Source of the DNA: Sphaerochaetaceae bacterium
GTDB lineage: Bacteria; Spirochaetota; Spirochaetia; Sphaerochaetales; Sphaerochaetaceae
NCBI GenBank assembly: GCA_963626615.1
Contig: CAVFYD010000001.1
Location: 1,012-65,011 of the forward strand
Direction of reading: 5' to 3'
DNA: 64,000 bases
Numbering within the stretch: position 1 is the stretch's first letter; every line of letters begins with the position of its first letter. Both the position numbers and the translations under genes were made by a program. Of this stretch, positions 25,115 to 33,964 are shown piece after piece. The notes under the pieces are model-generated. The model saw only the letters and a list, made by a program, of their open reading frames with translations. It did no database searches and was not told the DNA's origin.

Positions 25115-26311
25115 ATGGCGCGCAAATACAGCTATTCCAGAAAAGGTCTCAAGGGACTTACACCGTTCCCGTTCCTGGGAGAGGTGAAGACAAGACTCAA
25201 GGCCATCGAGGCTTCTCCCGACACGATGCCGCAGTCGGTATTCTCGGCGAATGTGCTCGCATCATCCCTGCATCCTTCCGTACAGTGGACGAAGATTTCG
25301 TCGGTCAGGGAGCATAACGGCGCAAAGAGCTTCACTCTTGTTCCCGACAGGGAGAAGGGAACGGAGAGCCTTGCTTTCTTCAGGGCAGGTCAGTATGTCT
25401 CGGTCTCTCTTGAAATCGGAAAGGCCGTTCTCAATAAGCCCTATACGATAGCGTCTTCTCCGAAGGACGCGCTTGCGGGCAGCTATACTCTCACAGTAAA
25501 GGAGACGAGAAACGGCTTTGCCAGCCGCTACATTCTGAATAACTGGAAGGTTGGAACATCAGTTAAACTCAGCGGCCCTCTGGGAGAGTTCTATCATCAG
25601 GGCCTCAGGGACAGCAACTCTGTCATTGCAGTTGCAGGTGGAAGCGGAATCACACCGTTTATCTCGATGGCAGGAGCAATAAGGGACGGCCTCGAGGATT
25701 TCTCCCTTACGGTTCTATACGGTTCAAGAACGAGTGACAATATACTTCTCAGGGACGAAATCGAGAAAATCGCATCCGAATCGAAGGGGAAGGTGAAGGT
25801 TGTCCATATCCTCTCGGACGAGGAGAAGGATGGCTTCGAACACGGCTTCGTCTCTGCCGACATAATCCGGAAGTATGCACCGGAGGGTGAATATTCCGTC
25901 TTCATGTGCGGACCGGGGGCGCTCTATTCCTACGAAAAAGGAGAGATGGAGAAGCTGGGACTCAAGAAGCGCTTTGTCCGCATGGAGCTCAGCGGCGACT
26001 CGGCTCTCCGTGACAGGGAAGACAGGATCTATGACCTTACTGTCGTAATCAGAGGTGAGAAGAAGAGTGTGAAGGCACACTCTACGGAGCCTCTTCTCTG
26101 GGCACTCGAAAGGGAAGGCATCAAGGCTCCGTCGCACTGCAGAAGCGGCGAATGCGGCTGGTGCCACTCGCGCCTCATCTCAGGCGATGTCTACATCCCG
26201 GAGGACAGGGACGGGAGAAGGGCTGCTGACAGGAAATTCGGCTGGATACATCCCTGTGCCAGCTATCCCTGCGGCGATGTCGAAATCGAGATATATCCTC
26301 CCGAGGAGTAA
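25115..26311 (+). CDS. ferredoxin-NADP reductase-like flavoprotein with a C-terminal 2Fe-2S domain
   Basis: The ATG directly follows the upstream TAA. FAD motif KPYTIASSP, NAD motif VAGGSGITPF, cluster motif CRSGECGWCHSRLISG. Confidence 0.85.
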   Translation: MARKYSYSRKGLKGLTPFPFLGEVKTRLKAIEASPDTMPQSVFSANVLASSLHPSVQWTKISSVREHNGAKSFTLVPDREKGTESLAFFRAGQYVSVSLEIGKAVLNKPYTIASSPKDALAGSYTLTVKETRNGFASRYILNNWKVGTSVKLSGPLGEFYHQGLRDSNSVIAVAGGSGITPFISMAGAIRDGLEDFSLTVLYGSRTSDNILLRDEIEKIASESKGKVKVVHILSDEEKDGFEHGFVSADIIRKYAPEGEYSVFMCGPGALYSYEKGEMEKLGLKKRFVRMELSGDSALRDREDRIYDLTVVIRGEKKSVKAHSTEPLLWALEREGIKAPSHCRSGECGWCHSRLISGDVYIPEDRDGRRAADRKFGWIHPCASYPCGDVEIEIYPPEE

Positions 26312-26340
26312 GAACAGAAAAACATAAAGAGCAATACAGA

Positions 26341-26377
26341 GAGAAGCGGCGACCGGAAGGCCGCCGTTCTCTCTTTT
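26341..26377 (+). terminator. terminator candidate after the reductase gene
   Basis: AGAAGCGGCG...CGCCGTTCT stem with one bulge, followed by ctcttttc. Confidence 0.5.
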
Positions 26378-26452
26378 CAAAAGTCTTTTTCTGCATTGAA
26401 TTACCGCCCTTCATGCTTTTTCAAAGCATCCGATACTGTTAAACTAGTCGTC

Positions 26453-27961
26453 ATGAAGAAGACTCTCCTTGCATTATCTGTAATTCTCGTTCTCGGCTTT
26501 TCTCTTTATGCTACGGAAACTGCGAATCCCTGGGCACTCAGCTCCGTAAAGCTCGGAATCGGAAACGACAAGTATGCATACGGCCTCAGCCGCAATGACG
26601 ATGACCAGCTCTCATATTCCGAGCATGTGTCTCTTTCGGGTGAGAGATGGTATGTGAAGGCGAATTTGAACGGTATCACGAACCGCGGCTGGAAAGAAGG
26701 CTGGGACATACGTGATTCATCAGTCAGGGACTGGAATGACGAGGACTTCTATCACGGAAGACTTGATGTCACCGAGATTATCACAGGCCTCAACTGGTCG
26801 TTCGATTTTTCAGACATGTTTGCCGTAACTGTCTCTCCCGAGACAGGCTTCTTCCTCTCCGGCTATACAGGATACGTCTATCTTCAGAACATGATTCACA
26901 AGATTTTCGGAATGCACAGAGTGGATCTCCCGTATGACTACGAGGATGTCAGATTCCATTATTATCTCGGGGGAAATGCGAACTTATACTACAATATTTG
27001 CTCCCTCAAATCCACACGCCTTTCGCTTGTCCTGGGGGCATCGGTATCGTATGCATTCGGTTTCGAGTCAACAGAGAAGGCTACGGCAACGCTTACACTT
27101 CAGAACGACTACAGCGAAGTCCTGGGCCTGACGTTCGGCTGGAACTGGACGCAGGAGCATAACGGCTCGAGAACAATGGAGCTCTATTCGAGGTACATCA
27201 ACGGACCTTATGCGGCATACAGGATAAACACGGGACTATTCACGCTCGACTATTTCACGGAGCTTACGAACCATTTCGGCTATGCGGTATTCTCAGTTGA
27301 TGTGATGAGCTTCTTCCATCCGACGACCTGGCAGGAGAACAACTTCTATCTCTCGATGGGGTTTGCCAACATGATAGGAATCAGATTCCAGGATCAGGAA
27401 CTCAACTGGCCTGTAAATGACAACTGGTCAATAGTACTCAAGAACAGGTATGTTGCAGGTTACCCGACTGACAGGAAAGGTGAACTTGAAAGCAAGGCAG
27501 ATGTCGACTACAGACTGAAGATGGGACATGTGATGGACACTTTAGGCTTCGAGTTCTCCTACCCGATAGCGGCTCTGAAGAACTGGGTTGCGCCGTATGT
27601 GTCGTTATCTCTCGGCTATATGCGGTGGGATTTCACGGCTCTTACGAACATGCTCGATTTTGCCCAGACTCCTTCGAAGAGCTGGAGTATGCGCCGCGAA
27701 GGAGGTGAGGGCTACGACCACTCGTTTGTCGTCGACCTCGAGGCAGGCCTCACTCTCATCCCCGAGGGACTTGTCTCATTCAATTCGACATCCCTTACTC
27801 TTTCCCTTTACGGCGGCCTCTCGTACGTGACGGGTGACTTCGTGAAGGGCTACAGGCAGGTTACGGAGGATAAGATAACAAGCTGGGACTATACGACTTC
27901 CTGGAAGGACAACTTCATATTCCGCTGGGGCCTCACCATTAACTTCGGTTTCGATATCTGA
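26453..27961 (+). CDS. secreted protein, probable outer-membrane beta-barrel
   Basis: Signal peptide MKKTLLALSVILVLGFSLYA, using the internal ATG at 26453. Rich in Y/W/G/N/D. C-terminal WGLTINFGFDI. Confidence 0.65.
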   Translation: MKKTLLALSVILVLGFSLYATETANPWALSSVKLGIGNDKYAYGLSRNDDDQLSYSEHVSLSGERWYVKANLNGITNRGWKEGWDIRDSSVRDWNDEDFYHGRLDVTEIITGLNWSFDFSDMFAVTVSPETGFFLSGYTGYVYLQNMIHKIFGMHRVDLPYDYEDVRFHYYLGGNANLYYNICSLKSTRLSLVLGASVSYAFGFESTEKATATLTLQNDYSEVLGLTFGWNWTQEHNGSRTMELYSRYINGPYAAYRINTGLFTLDYFTELTNHFGYAVFSVDVMSFFHPTTWQENNFYLSMGFANMIGIRFQDQELNWPVNDNWSIVLKNRYVAGYPTDRKGELESKADVDYRLKMGHVMDTLGFEFSYPIAALKNWVAPYVSLSLGYMRWDFTALTNMLDFAQTPSKSWSMRREGGEGYDHSFVVDLEAGLTLIPEGLVSFNSTSLTLSLYGGLSYVTGDFVKGYRQVTEDKITSWDYTTSWKDNFIFRWGLTINFGFDI

Positions 27962-28215
27962 CCCCACCGCCTTCTTCTCCCATGCTGCAATGTCCGGGTG
28001 AAGAATGAATTCTCATTCATACTCACCGCTCTTATAGTGGCATCTGAGGTAACGGCAGGTATTCCTTCGGCCTCAGATGCAATGAGGACGGCAGCCTACC
28101 GTTCTGGAGAACGTGACGACCGTATGGGAGAGCTGGCATCAGTGGAGAGAATGAAAATACCCCGGCGGAAAGTTTTCTCTTCCACTGGGGTATTCTGATT
28201 CTTCAGTCCTGAACT

Positions 28216-29088
28216 TCAGAATGTCGTTTCGTCAGGATTCCTTGCGGGGACTATTCCCTCGGGATTCACCGCTTCTATAAGACGCATGTCTTCTGCTGTT
28301 ATCTCGAAGTCGAAGACGTGCGTGTTCTCCTCGATTCTCTCCGGCGTGACGCTTTTGGGCAGCGGAATGTATCCTGACTGCAGGGCATAGCGTATGCAGA
28401 GCTGTGAAATGGGACGGCCGTATTTTTCGCTGAGCATGATCATTGTCTCATTTTTGAACATGCCGCCTGTTCCCATCGGTGAGTAGGCTTCGAGAGTCAT
28501 GTTCTTCTCTCTTGCATAATCGGCCACCTTCTTCTGGTTGATTCCCGGACAGAACTTGATCTGGTCTACAACGGGGAGTATTTCCGCTTCCTCGAGGATG
28601 TTGTCAATGTGATGGGGCCAGAAGTTCGAGAGACCGAGAGCCCTGATTCTCCCCGCTCTGAAGGCTTCCTCCATTGCCTTCCAGCATTCCCTGTCTATTC
28701 TCTTCCAGTCTGAGCGGAATGCGAGGGGATTTGGCCAGTGGATGAGATAAAGGTCGATGTAATCGAGGCCGAGTGCCTCGAGTGACCTGTCAATAGCCTT
28801 CCTTGCTCTTTCATAGCCGTGGTCGGGATTGGCGAGCTTTGTCGTGATGAAGAGATTCTCTCTCTTTTCTCCGCTTTCCCTGAGGTAATCGGCAATAGCC
28901 TTTCCGACGCTCTCCTCGTTGCCGTATGCCGTCGCGGTATCTATATGGGTGTAGCCGCATCTCAGTGCACTGAGGACTGCGTTGTATGCCGTCTCTCCTG
29001 AAGGGGACTGCCAGGTGCCGAAGCCGATGACGGGAATTCTCACTCCGTTCTGGAGTGTTAGCGTATCTTTAGGTGATGTGTAGTTCAT
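28216..29088 (-). CDS. aldo/keto reductase (2,5-diketo-D-gluconate reductase-like)
   Basis: 290 aa. GFGTWQ, YTHIDTATAYGNEESVG, LYLIHWP and the catalytic residue contexts are present. Confidence 0.9.
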   Translation of the reverse strand: MNYTSPKDTLTLQNGVRIPVIGFGTWQSPSGETAYNAVLSALRCGYTHIDTATAYGNEESVGKAIADYLRESGEKRENLFITTKLANPDHGYERARKAIDRSLEALGLDYIDLYLIHWPNPLAFRSDWKRIDRECWKAMEEAFRAGRIRALGLSNFWPHHIDNILEEAEILPVVDQIKFCPGINQKKVADYAREKNMTLEAYSPMGTGGMFKNETMIMLSEKYGRPISQLCIRYALQSGYIPLPKSVTPERIEENTHVFDFEITAEDMRLIEAVNPEGIVPARNPDETTF

Positions 29089-29168
29089 ATTTCTGCCTCC
29101 GCTTACGATTCTACGGGAAAGTGACGCAAGACGGAAAGCAGGAAAATGATTTTTCTACCCGGAAAGCG

Positions 29169-29471
29169 TCATCTGATATAGACACGCCTGAAGCCGTCGG
29201 GATAGTAGGCGTAGTCCTTGTCCTCGGTTGTCCTCAGAATGTGTGTGAATCTCATCCCGCGGAAACATATGACGGTGAGGCCGTCATAGGAACCCATCAG
29301 CTGCATATCGCCCTTCGTCTTACGGCAGTATACGAGAAAGACGGAGGATTCAATCTTCTTCGCCTTCACGAGCGTGAAGAGGGCAGAAGTGAATGAGGAG
29401 GATGGAATTGTCTCCTCGATATATGTCTTCGGACTTTTAAGGATACACATCAGCTGGTAGTTGTAGCACAT
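29169..29471 (-). CDS. hypothetical small protein upstream of the aldo/keto reductase
   Basis: 100-aa ORF with protein-like composition on the same strand as the AKR gene. It has no clear RBS and the start is uncertain. Confidence 0.35.
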   Translation of the reverse strand: MCYNYQLMCILKSPKTYIEETIPSSSFTSALFTLVKAKKIESSVFLVYCRKTKGDMQLMGSYDGLTVICFRGMRFTHILRTTEDKDYAYYPDGFRRVYIR

Positions 29472-29569
29472 GGGAATAACGTAGCCCGAAGGGAAAGAAA
29501 AGAAGAAAACTTTTGTTAAATTCCGACTCTCGATGGTGATTTTCCTTCTTCTGTGCGGATAATGGAATC

Positions 29570-30226
29570 ATGAAAAAACCTTTTCTTATATTTCTCTTTC
29601 TGCTGGCTGCACTGTCGCTGTACTCCTCAAGGAGTATAGAGGTGGGAACCGGAGGGGCATACAACAATACCCAGGACAGATTCGTGAAGCCGTTCGCGGA
29701 TGTTACCTACACGCTCGACAGGTTCTCCTTCTACCTTGACTACAAGTACGGGAAGACTGTCACGGGCTATGCCCAGTACAACTGCGACGAGGGAATCTGG
29801 AACCATCAGGTTGATCTGACAACGCGCTACATCTTCACAGAAGGCGGCTATTCCTCTCTCGGCTACATGTTCATCGTGAACCTCGAAAAGTGGGGACTCT
29901 TTCTGAACGTCGGTCTCGGTGCTTCCGCCAACCTTTCGTATTCGCAGTATTCCAGAGAGCCTCTCTTCATGCTCACTAAGCTCATGAGACTCAGACTGGG
30001 CTACAGGGGCGCCAGATTCTCGGCTTATCTTTTTCTCGAGAACAACTACCGCTTCGAGCGTGAATGGAACCCGAAGGAGGCTCTGGGATTGTCTCTCGGA
30101 TACAATATCACAGACGTTGACACTGTTACGCTTGACGTTGCTGTTACGTCATGCGAAATGCTGATTGATCCTTACCGTATCTTCTATTCCGGAAGGGCAA
30201 GAGTCGGCTACAGGAGGGTATTATGA
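29570..30226 (+). CDS. secreted protein, probable small beta-barrel
   Basis: Signal peptide MKKPFLIFLFLLAALSLYS. Y/G-rich alternating pattern. The stop overlaps the next ATG. Confidence 0.6.
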   Translation: MKKPFLIFLFLLAALSLYSSRSIEVGTGGAYNNTQDRFVKPFADVTYTLDRFSFYLDYKYGKTVTGYAQYNCDEGIWNHQVDLTTRYIFTEGGYSSLGYMFIVNLEKWGLFLNVGLGASANLSYSQYSREPLFMLTKLMRLRLGYRGARFSAYLFLENNYRFEREWNPKEALGLSLGYNITDVDTVTLDVAVTSCEMLIDPYRIFYSGRARVGYRRVL

Positions 30227-31173
30227 GAAAAATCGTATTCGTACTCTTGATTGCGGTGCTCTGCATCACATCGTGCTCGGCCCCAGTATTCAATCCTTTC
30301 CGGTTCACCTCGAACCCGTTCCTGAAAAAGACCTGGATAAGCGAAGATACCATCACAACAGACACAATCTCCTTCTCCGTCACTACGGACAATCACTTCG
30401 ACAGGGAGAACTGCACCTGGTATAACGAAAACTATTACAGCTTTCTTGACAGCAAGGACTATCCGTTCGCAATCTCCCTCGGAGACATTACAGATACAGG
30501 TGTCTTTGTTGACAGCGCGCTTGAATTCGTTGAGGAAGTAAAAAAACGCACATCAGACAAGTTCTTCACGACCTGTGTCGGTAACCATGACAGACATTCC
30601 GTTGATTCCAGGTGGGACAACGGAAAAGAGGTGGAGTATGAGACGGCCGGCTGCTACTACTACGGCAAGACCGAGAACGGTGATCCGCTTCTTGCCATCT
30701 ACAAGCTCGACAACTCCTACGACTGTATTACCAATACTGAGTTCGAGTACTTCGAGGAGGCATTGAAGAAGGAGACGGCACGCTACAGGATGATTATAAT
30801 CCACGAGAATGTGGCGACGGGAAACACGCTTGGGCCGACGCTCGTTCTCTTCGGTCTCAGCAGTCAGGAGACGAACAGACTGTACAGAATAATGACCGAG
30901 AACAATGTGGGGCTCATCCTCTCGGGGCATAACCATATAGGAAATGTCGAGTACCATCTCTCGGAAAACCTGGGTGAACTCAACATGGCAGCATATCACA
31001 GGAAGAACAACGCACTCCTCAATATGGAGAGTCCCGGCTACTTCTACGACTTCACTCTCAATACGAAGACAGGCTGTGTCGTGATAAGCGGGTACCTTGC
31101 AAAATATGTAAAGAATGCCGCAGATGCCGTAGCTGAGAAGACCTTCTCCTTCAAGCTGCCCAGGAGCAACTGA
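30223..31173 (+). CDS. metallophosphoesterase (calcineurin-like), lipoprotein
   Basis: Lipobox LIAVLCITSC. Motifs ISLGDITDTG, VGNHDRH and SGHNHIGN. Confidence 0.8.
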   Translation: MRKIVFVLLIAVLCITSCSAPVFNPFRFTSNPFLKKTWISEDTITTDTISFSVTTDNHFDRENCTWYNENYYSFLDSKDYPFAISLGDITDTGVFVDSALEFVEEVKKRTSDKFFTTCVGNHDRHSVDSRWDNGKEVEYETAGCYYYGKTENGDPLLAIYKLDNSYDCITNTEFEYFEEALKKETARYRMIIIHENVATGNTLGPTLVLFGLSSQETNRLYRIMTENNVGLILSGHNHIGNVEYHLSENLGELNMAAYHRKNNALLNMESPGYFYDFTLNTKTGCVVISGYLAKYVKNAADAVAEKTFSFKLPRSN

Positions 31174-31177
31174 CATA

Positions 31178-31204
31178 AGAGAGCCCGGAAATCCCGGGCT
31201 CTCT
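31178..31204. terminator. strong hairpin between convergent genes
   Basis: AGAGAGCCCGG-aaatc-CCGGGCTCTCT, an 11-bp stem with no clear U tract. Confidence 0.5.
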
Positions 31205-31443
31205 CAGTCAACTGACAGGCTTCAGTATGGCTGTGATATAAACAGATTATCTTTTATTGTAAAGAAATACGTTGATGTCGGTTTTAGATGTGGAACGGAA
31301 CGGCGACAAAAAAACAGAGCTGATATTGAACCCCTCCCGGGAATGACCCTCAGCCCTGCGTCTATTGTAAAATAACCAACTTTAAAATCTGACTTTATCT
31401 TAAGCCGACTTTTCTTGAGTTGTAAAGAATTATTTTTATTTTT

Positions 31444-32157
31444 TTAATCGTCCTCTTCCATTCCCGAGTGTCTCTCCCATTCTCCTGTCGAGAATGTGAA
31501 GCTGAAATCATCGGCATCCAGCGCCTTTCCGTCCTTTTCGACGGCAATCTCGAAGAGAAAGGTGTCGACAAAGCCGATCGGGATTGTCCGGATGATGTCA
31601 GTTATGTCCTTTTCAGAGTAGACACCATCTTTCCCGAGGCCTATTTTCAGAAGAAAATAGCAGGTATCATCCTCGGGTGTGCATTCATGATATACCCAGG
31701 AGTAGTCGAACTGATATTTTCTGAGCTGCAGGTCTATCGTTTTTGCAAGGAAGCCCGAGAGCCTCTTTTTGAACCGTTCGGTATCATCCTCGGGGGAAGA
31801 GCCGCTGTTCTTCTCCCATTTGTCGCAGAACCAGTTGTAGGTGTAGTTCATATCACTGATGATTTCTTTCCCGTTCCTGCCGAGTACGCGGTATTTGACA
31901 CATGTGTAGCCGTTGTCGTCGTCACAGATGAACGTGCTTGCTTCTGTGATTTCTCCGAGTTCTTTAGCGAAGCTTGCCTTTTCCTTTTTCGAAAAGAGAA
32001 CTCTCTCTGCATCCAATCCGCAGATTTGTGTTATGTTGATTTCCAGCTTTTTGTAACCGACTCTTCCGTCTTTCGTCACAGAGATGAAGTCGAGAGTGCT
32101 TTCCGCTTTTATGTCAGCGTCCTCCAAGTCTGCCAGTATATGTTCTTCCAGTGTCAT
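31444..32157 (-). CDS. hypothetical acidic cytoplasmic protein with an internal duplication
   Basis: I prefer the start MTLEEH at 32157, which has RBS ggagaaaaagg. Both halves end in a similar block: NYTYNWFCDKWEKNSGSSPEDD versus FSFTFSTGEWERHSGMEEDD. Confidence 0.6.
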   Translation of the reverse strand: MTLEEHILADLEDADIKAESTLDFISVTKDGRVGYKKLEINITQICGLDAERVLFSKKEKASFAKELGEITEASTFICDDDNGYTCVKYRVLGRNGKEIISDMNYTYNWFCDKWEKNSGSSPEDDTERFKKRLSGFLAKTIDLQLRKYQFDYSWVYHECTPEDDTCYFLLKIGLGKDGVYSEKDITDIIRTIPIGFVDTFLFEIAVEKDGKALDADDFSFTFSTGEWERHSGMEEDD

Positions 32158-32662
32158 TCCTTTTTCTCCTTTTCTTTCCTTACATGATAGTACTCGAGAG
32201 CAGAGAGAAAAGGGAGAATGTCGCATTTTTTTCCTGTCCTTGCAGTCTCATTTGTTTTTTGGATAAGAGTATCTGTGATATTTCTATGCCGAGGTCTGGG
32301 TCAAAGAAATTTTCCGAGCGTGTTTCAGAGAGCAACCACACGGAGTATCTCAGTATCGGAAGTTTGTCTCTTGGGAAAATCATGTCAGTTTGATTCCCTC
32401 TCTCCGTAGCGGGGTGCTTTTCCCGGGTATTCCTTATCTCTGTTTATGCAGAGAGGGGACTCTCTCCTGAATCCGTGTTCTCACGATTTCCGGAACATCT
32501 GCAGATTGTCTGTTCTCCTCACCTTTCCCGACTGTGAACGGGGGAAGGGGGCGGGTGACGGAAAAATCGTCATGATTTCTCAATATTTAACGTGTAACTG
32601 ACTTGTTCATAAACAATAAATGTTTAAAATACTCCATTGGTATTTTATTTAAGAGGTTTAAT

Positions 32663-33961
32663 ATGGATACAATTCTCATTACATTATCCTTTGCCATGAT
32701 TGCGGGCCTTCTCATGAGCAGACTTGCAAAGAAGGTTAATCTTCCTGCTGTCACGGCTTACCTTGTTGCAGGACTCCTGATCGGGCCGTACTTCATCGGC
32801 AGACTCGGTATAGAAGGGCTGGGATTCAACAGCCTTGAGGCAGTCAACTCCTTCGATATCATCAGCCAGACTGCCCTGGGATTCATCGCATTCGCCATCG
32901 GTAACGAATTCAGGCTCAAGGACCTCGAGAGCATGGGGCGTGCCGCAATCACTGTCGGTATTCTCCAGGCCGTGATCACGACCATCATCGTCGATATCGC
33001 ACTCTGTGCACTCCACTTCATCGCACCGTCCGTACTCTCGCTTTCATCTGCAATCACGCTCGGTGCCATCGCAGCAGCTACGGCTCCCGCCGCCACGCTG
33101 ATGGTTGTCAGACAGTACAAGGCCGAGGGACCTCTTACGAAGCTCCTTCTGATGGTCGTCGCAATCGATGACGCTGTCGGCCTTGTTCTCTTCTCCGTTT
33201 CCTTCGGTATCGCATCGGCACTCGAGACAGGAACGGCAAGCATCGTCACGATTCTTGTCGAGCCTCTGCTTGAAATCGGACTCTCGTTCGTTCTGGGGGC
33301 AGTCGCAGGATGGCTGCTGAACATCCTCGAGAGATTCTTCCACTCGAGAAGCAAGCGTCTTGCCCTCGCTGTCGCATTCGTATTCTTCCTCGTCGGCTTC
33401 TCCGACAAGGAATTCAATATCGCAGGAGTTCTGACACTCCGCTTCTCGCTGCTTCTTGTTCTCATGATTACCGGAACGGTGTTCTGCAACATCTGTGAGA
33501 CGAGCCTCGAACTCATGGACAGGGTGGAGAGGTGGACTGCACCTCTCAATATGCTCTTCTTCGTCCTCAGCGGAGCTGAGCTCAATCTCTCGATTCTCAT
33601 GAATCCTACGGTAATTCTTATCGGAGTCATCTTCATCCTTTTCAGAAGCATCGGAAAAATCAGCGGTGCATATATCTCCTGTAAGATGGAGCACACAAGC
33701 GAGAACATCCAGAAGCACCTGGGAATCACACTGCTTCCGCAGGCCGGAGTTGCCCTCGGTATGGCACTTACGGCTGCCAATCTCTCTGACGGACCTGTTG
33801 TGAGAAGCGTCGTTCTCTTTGCTGTCCTTGTCTATGAGCTTGTGGGCCCGACACTCACAAAGCGCAGCCTGACACTTGCCGGAGAAATCAAACCGGAAGG
33901 AAGAAAGTCTTCAAGAACCGTAAACGGGGAAGACAAAAAAGACGCATTTACAGTAAAATAA
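32663..33961 (+). CDS. cation:proton antiporter (CPA2/Kef-like membrane domain)
   Basis: Internal ATG at 32663 with RBS aagagg. About 12 TM helices. N-terminus LSFAMIAGLLMSRLAKKVNLPAVTAYLVAGLLIGPY is typical of Na+/H+ exchanger family proteins. Confidence 0.85.
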   Translation: MDTILITLSFAMIAGLLMSRLAKKVNLPAVTAYLVAGLLIGPYFIGRLGIEGLGFNSLEAVNSFDIISQTALGFIAFAIGNEFRLKDLESMGRAAITVGILQAVITTIIVDIALCALHFIAPSVLSLSSAITLGAIAAATAPAATLMVVRQYKAEGPLTKLLLMVVAIDDAVGLVLFSVSFGIASALETGTASIVTILVEPLLEIGLSFVLGAVAGWLLNILERFFHSRSKRLALAVAFVFFLVGFSDKEFNIAGVLTLRFSLLLVLMITGTVFCNICETSLELMDRVERWTAPLNMLFFVLSGAELNLSILMNPTVILIGVIFILFRSIGKISGAYISCKMEHTSENIQKHLGITLLPQAGVALGMALTAANLSDGPVVRSVVLFAVLVYELVGPTLTKRSLTLAGEIKPEGRKSSRTVNGEDKKDAFTVK

Positions 33962-33964
33962 CGT

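Noticed and set aside
27998-28198. 66-aa GTG-start ORF between the outer-membrane-like gene and the aldo/keto reductase gene.
   Set aside because: No RBS and no motifs, and the composition is unconvincing. The region more likely holds terminator hairpins for the convergent genes.
32341-32408. A tRNA-like end (agtttgattccctctctccg) that might be a T-arm plus acceptor stem.
   Set aside because: Only 5 acceptor base pairs can form. The putative T-stem arms (gtcag / ccctc) are not complementary. The total length is about 66 nt and there is no D-arm consensus.
32395-32480. Short strings reminiscent of the c-di-AMP (ydaO) riboswitch (agcggggtgc, cctgaatccg) upstream of a cation:proton antiporter, which would be a plausible regulatory target.
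   Set aside because: The most conserved element, CAGCUAAC...GUAAGC, is absent. The spacing of the G-rich and GAAUCC-like elements does not reproduce the pseudo-twofold architecture. A cmsearch would be needed to revive this idea.
32758-33780. 340-aa and 224-aa minus-strand ORFs.
   Set aside because: They are antisense shadows of the antiporter gene. They have an S/R/A/T-rich low-information composition, no RBS and no motifs.
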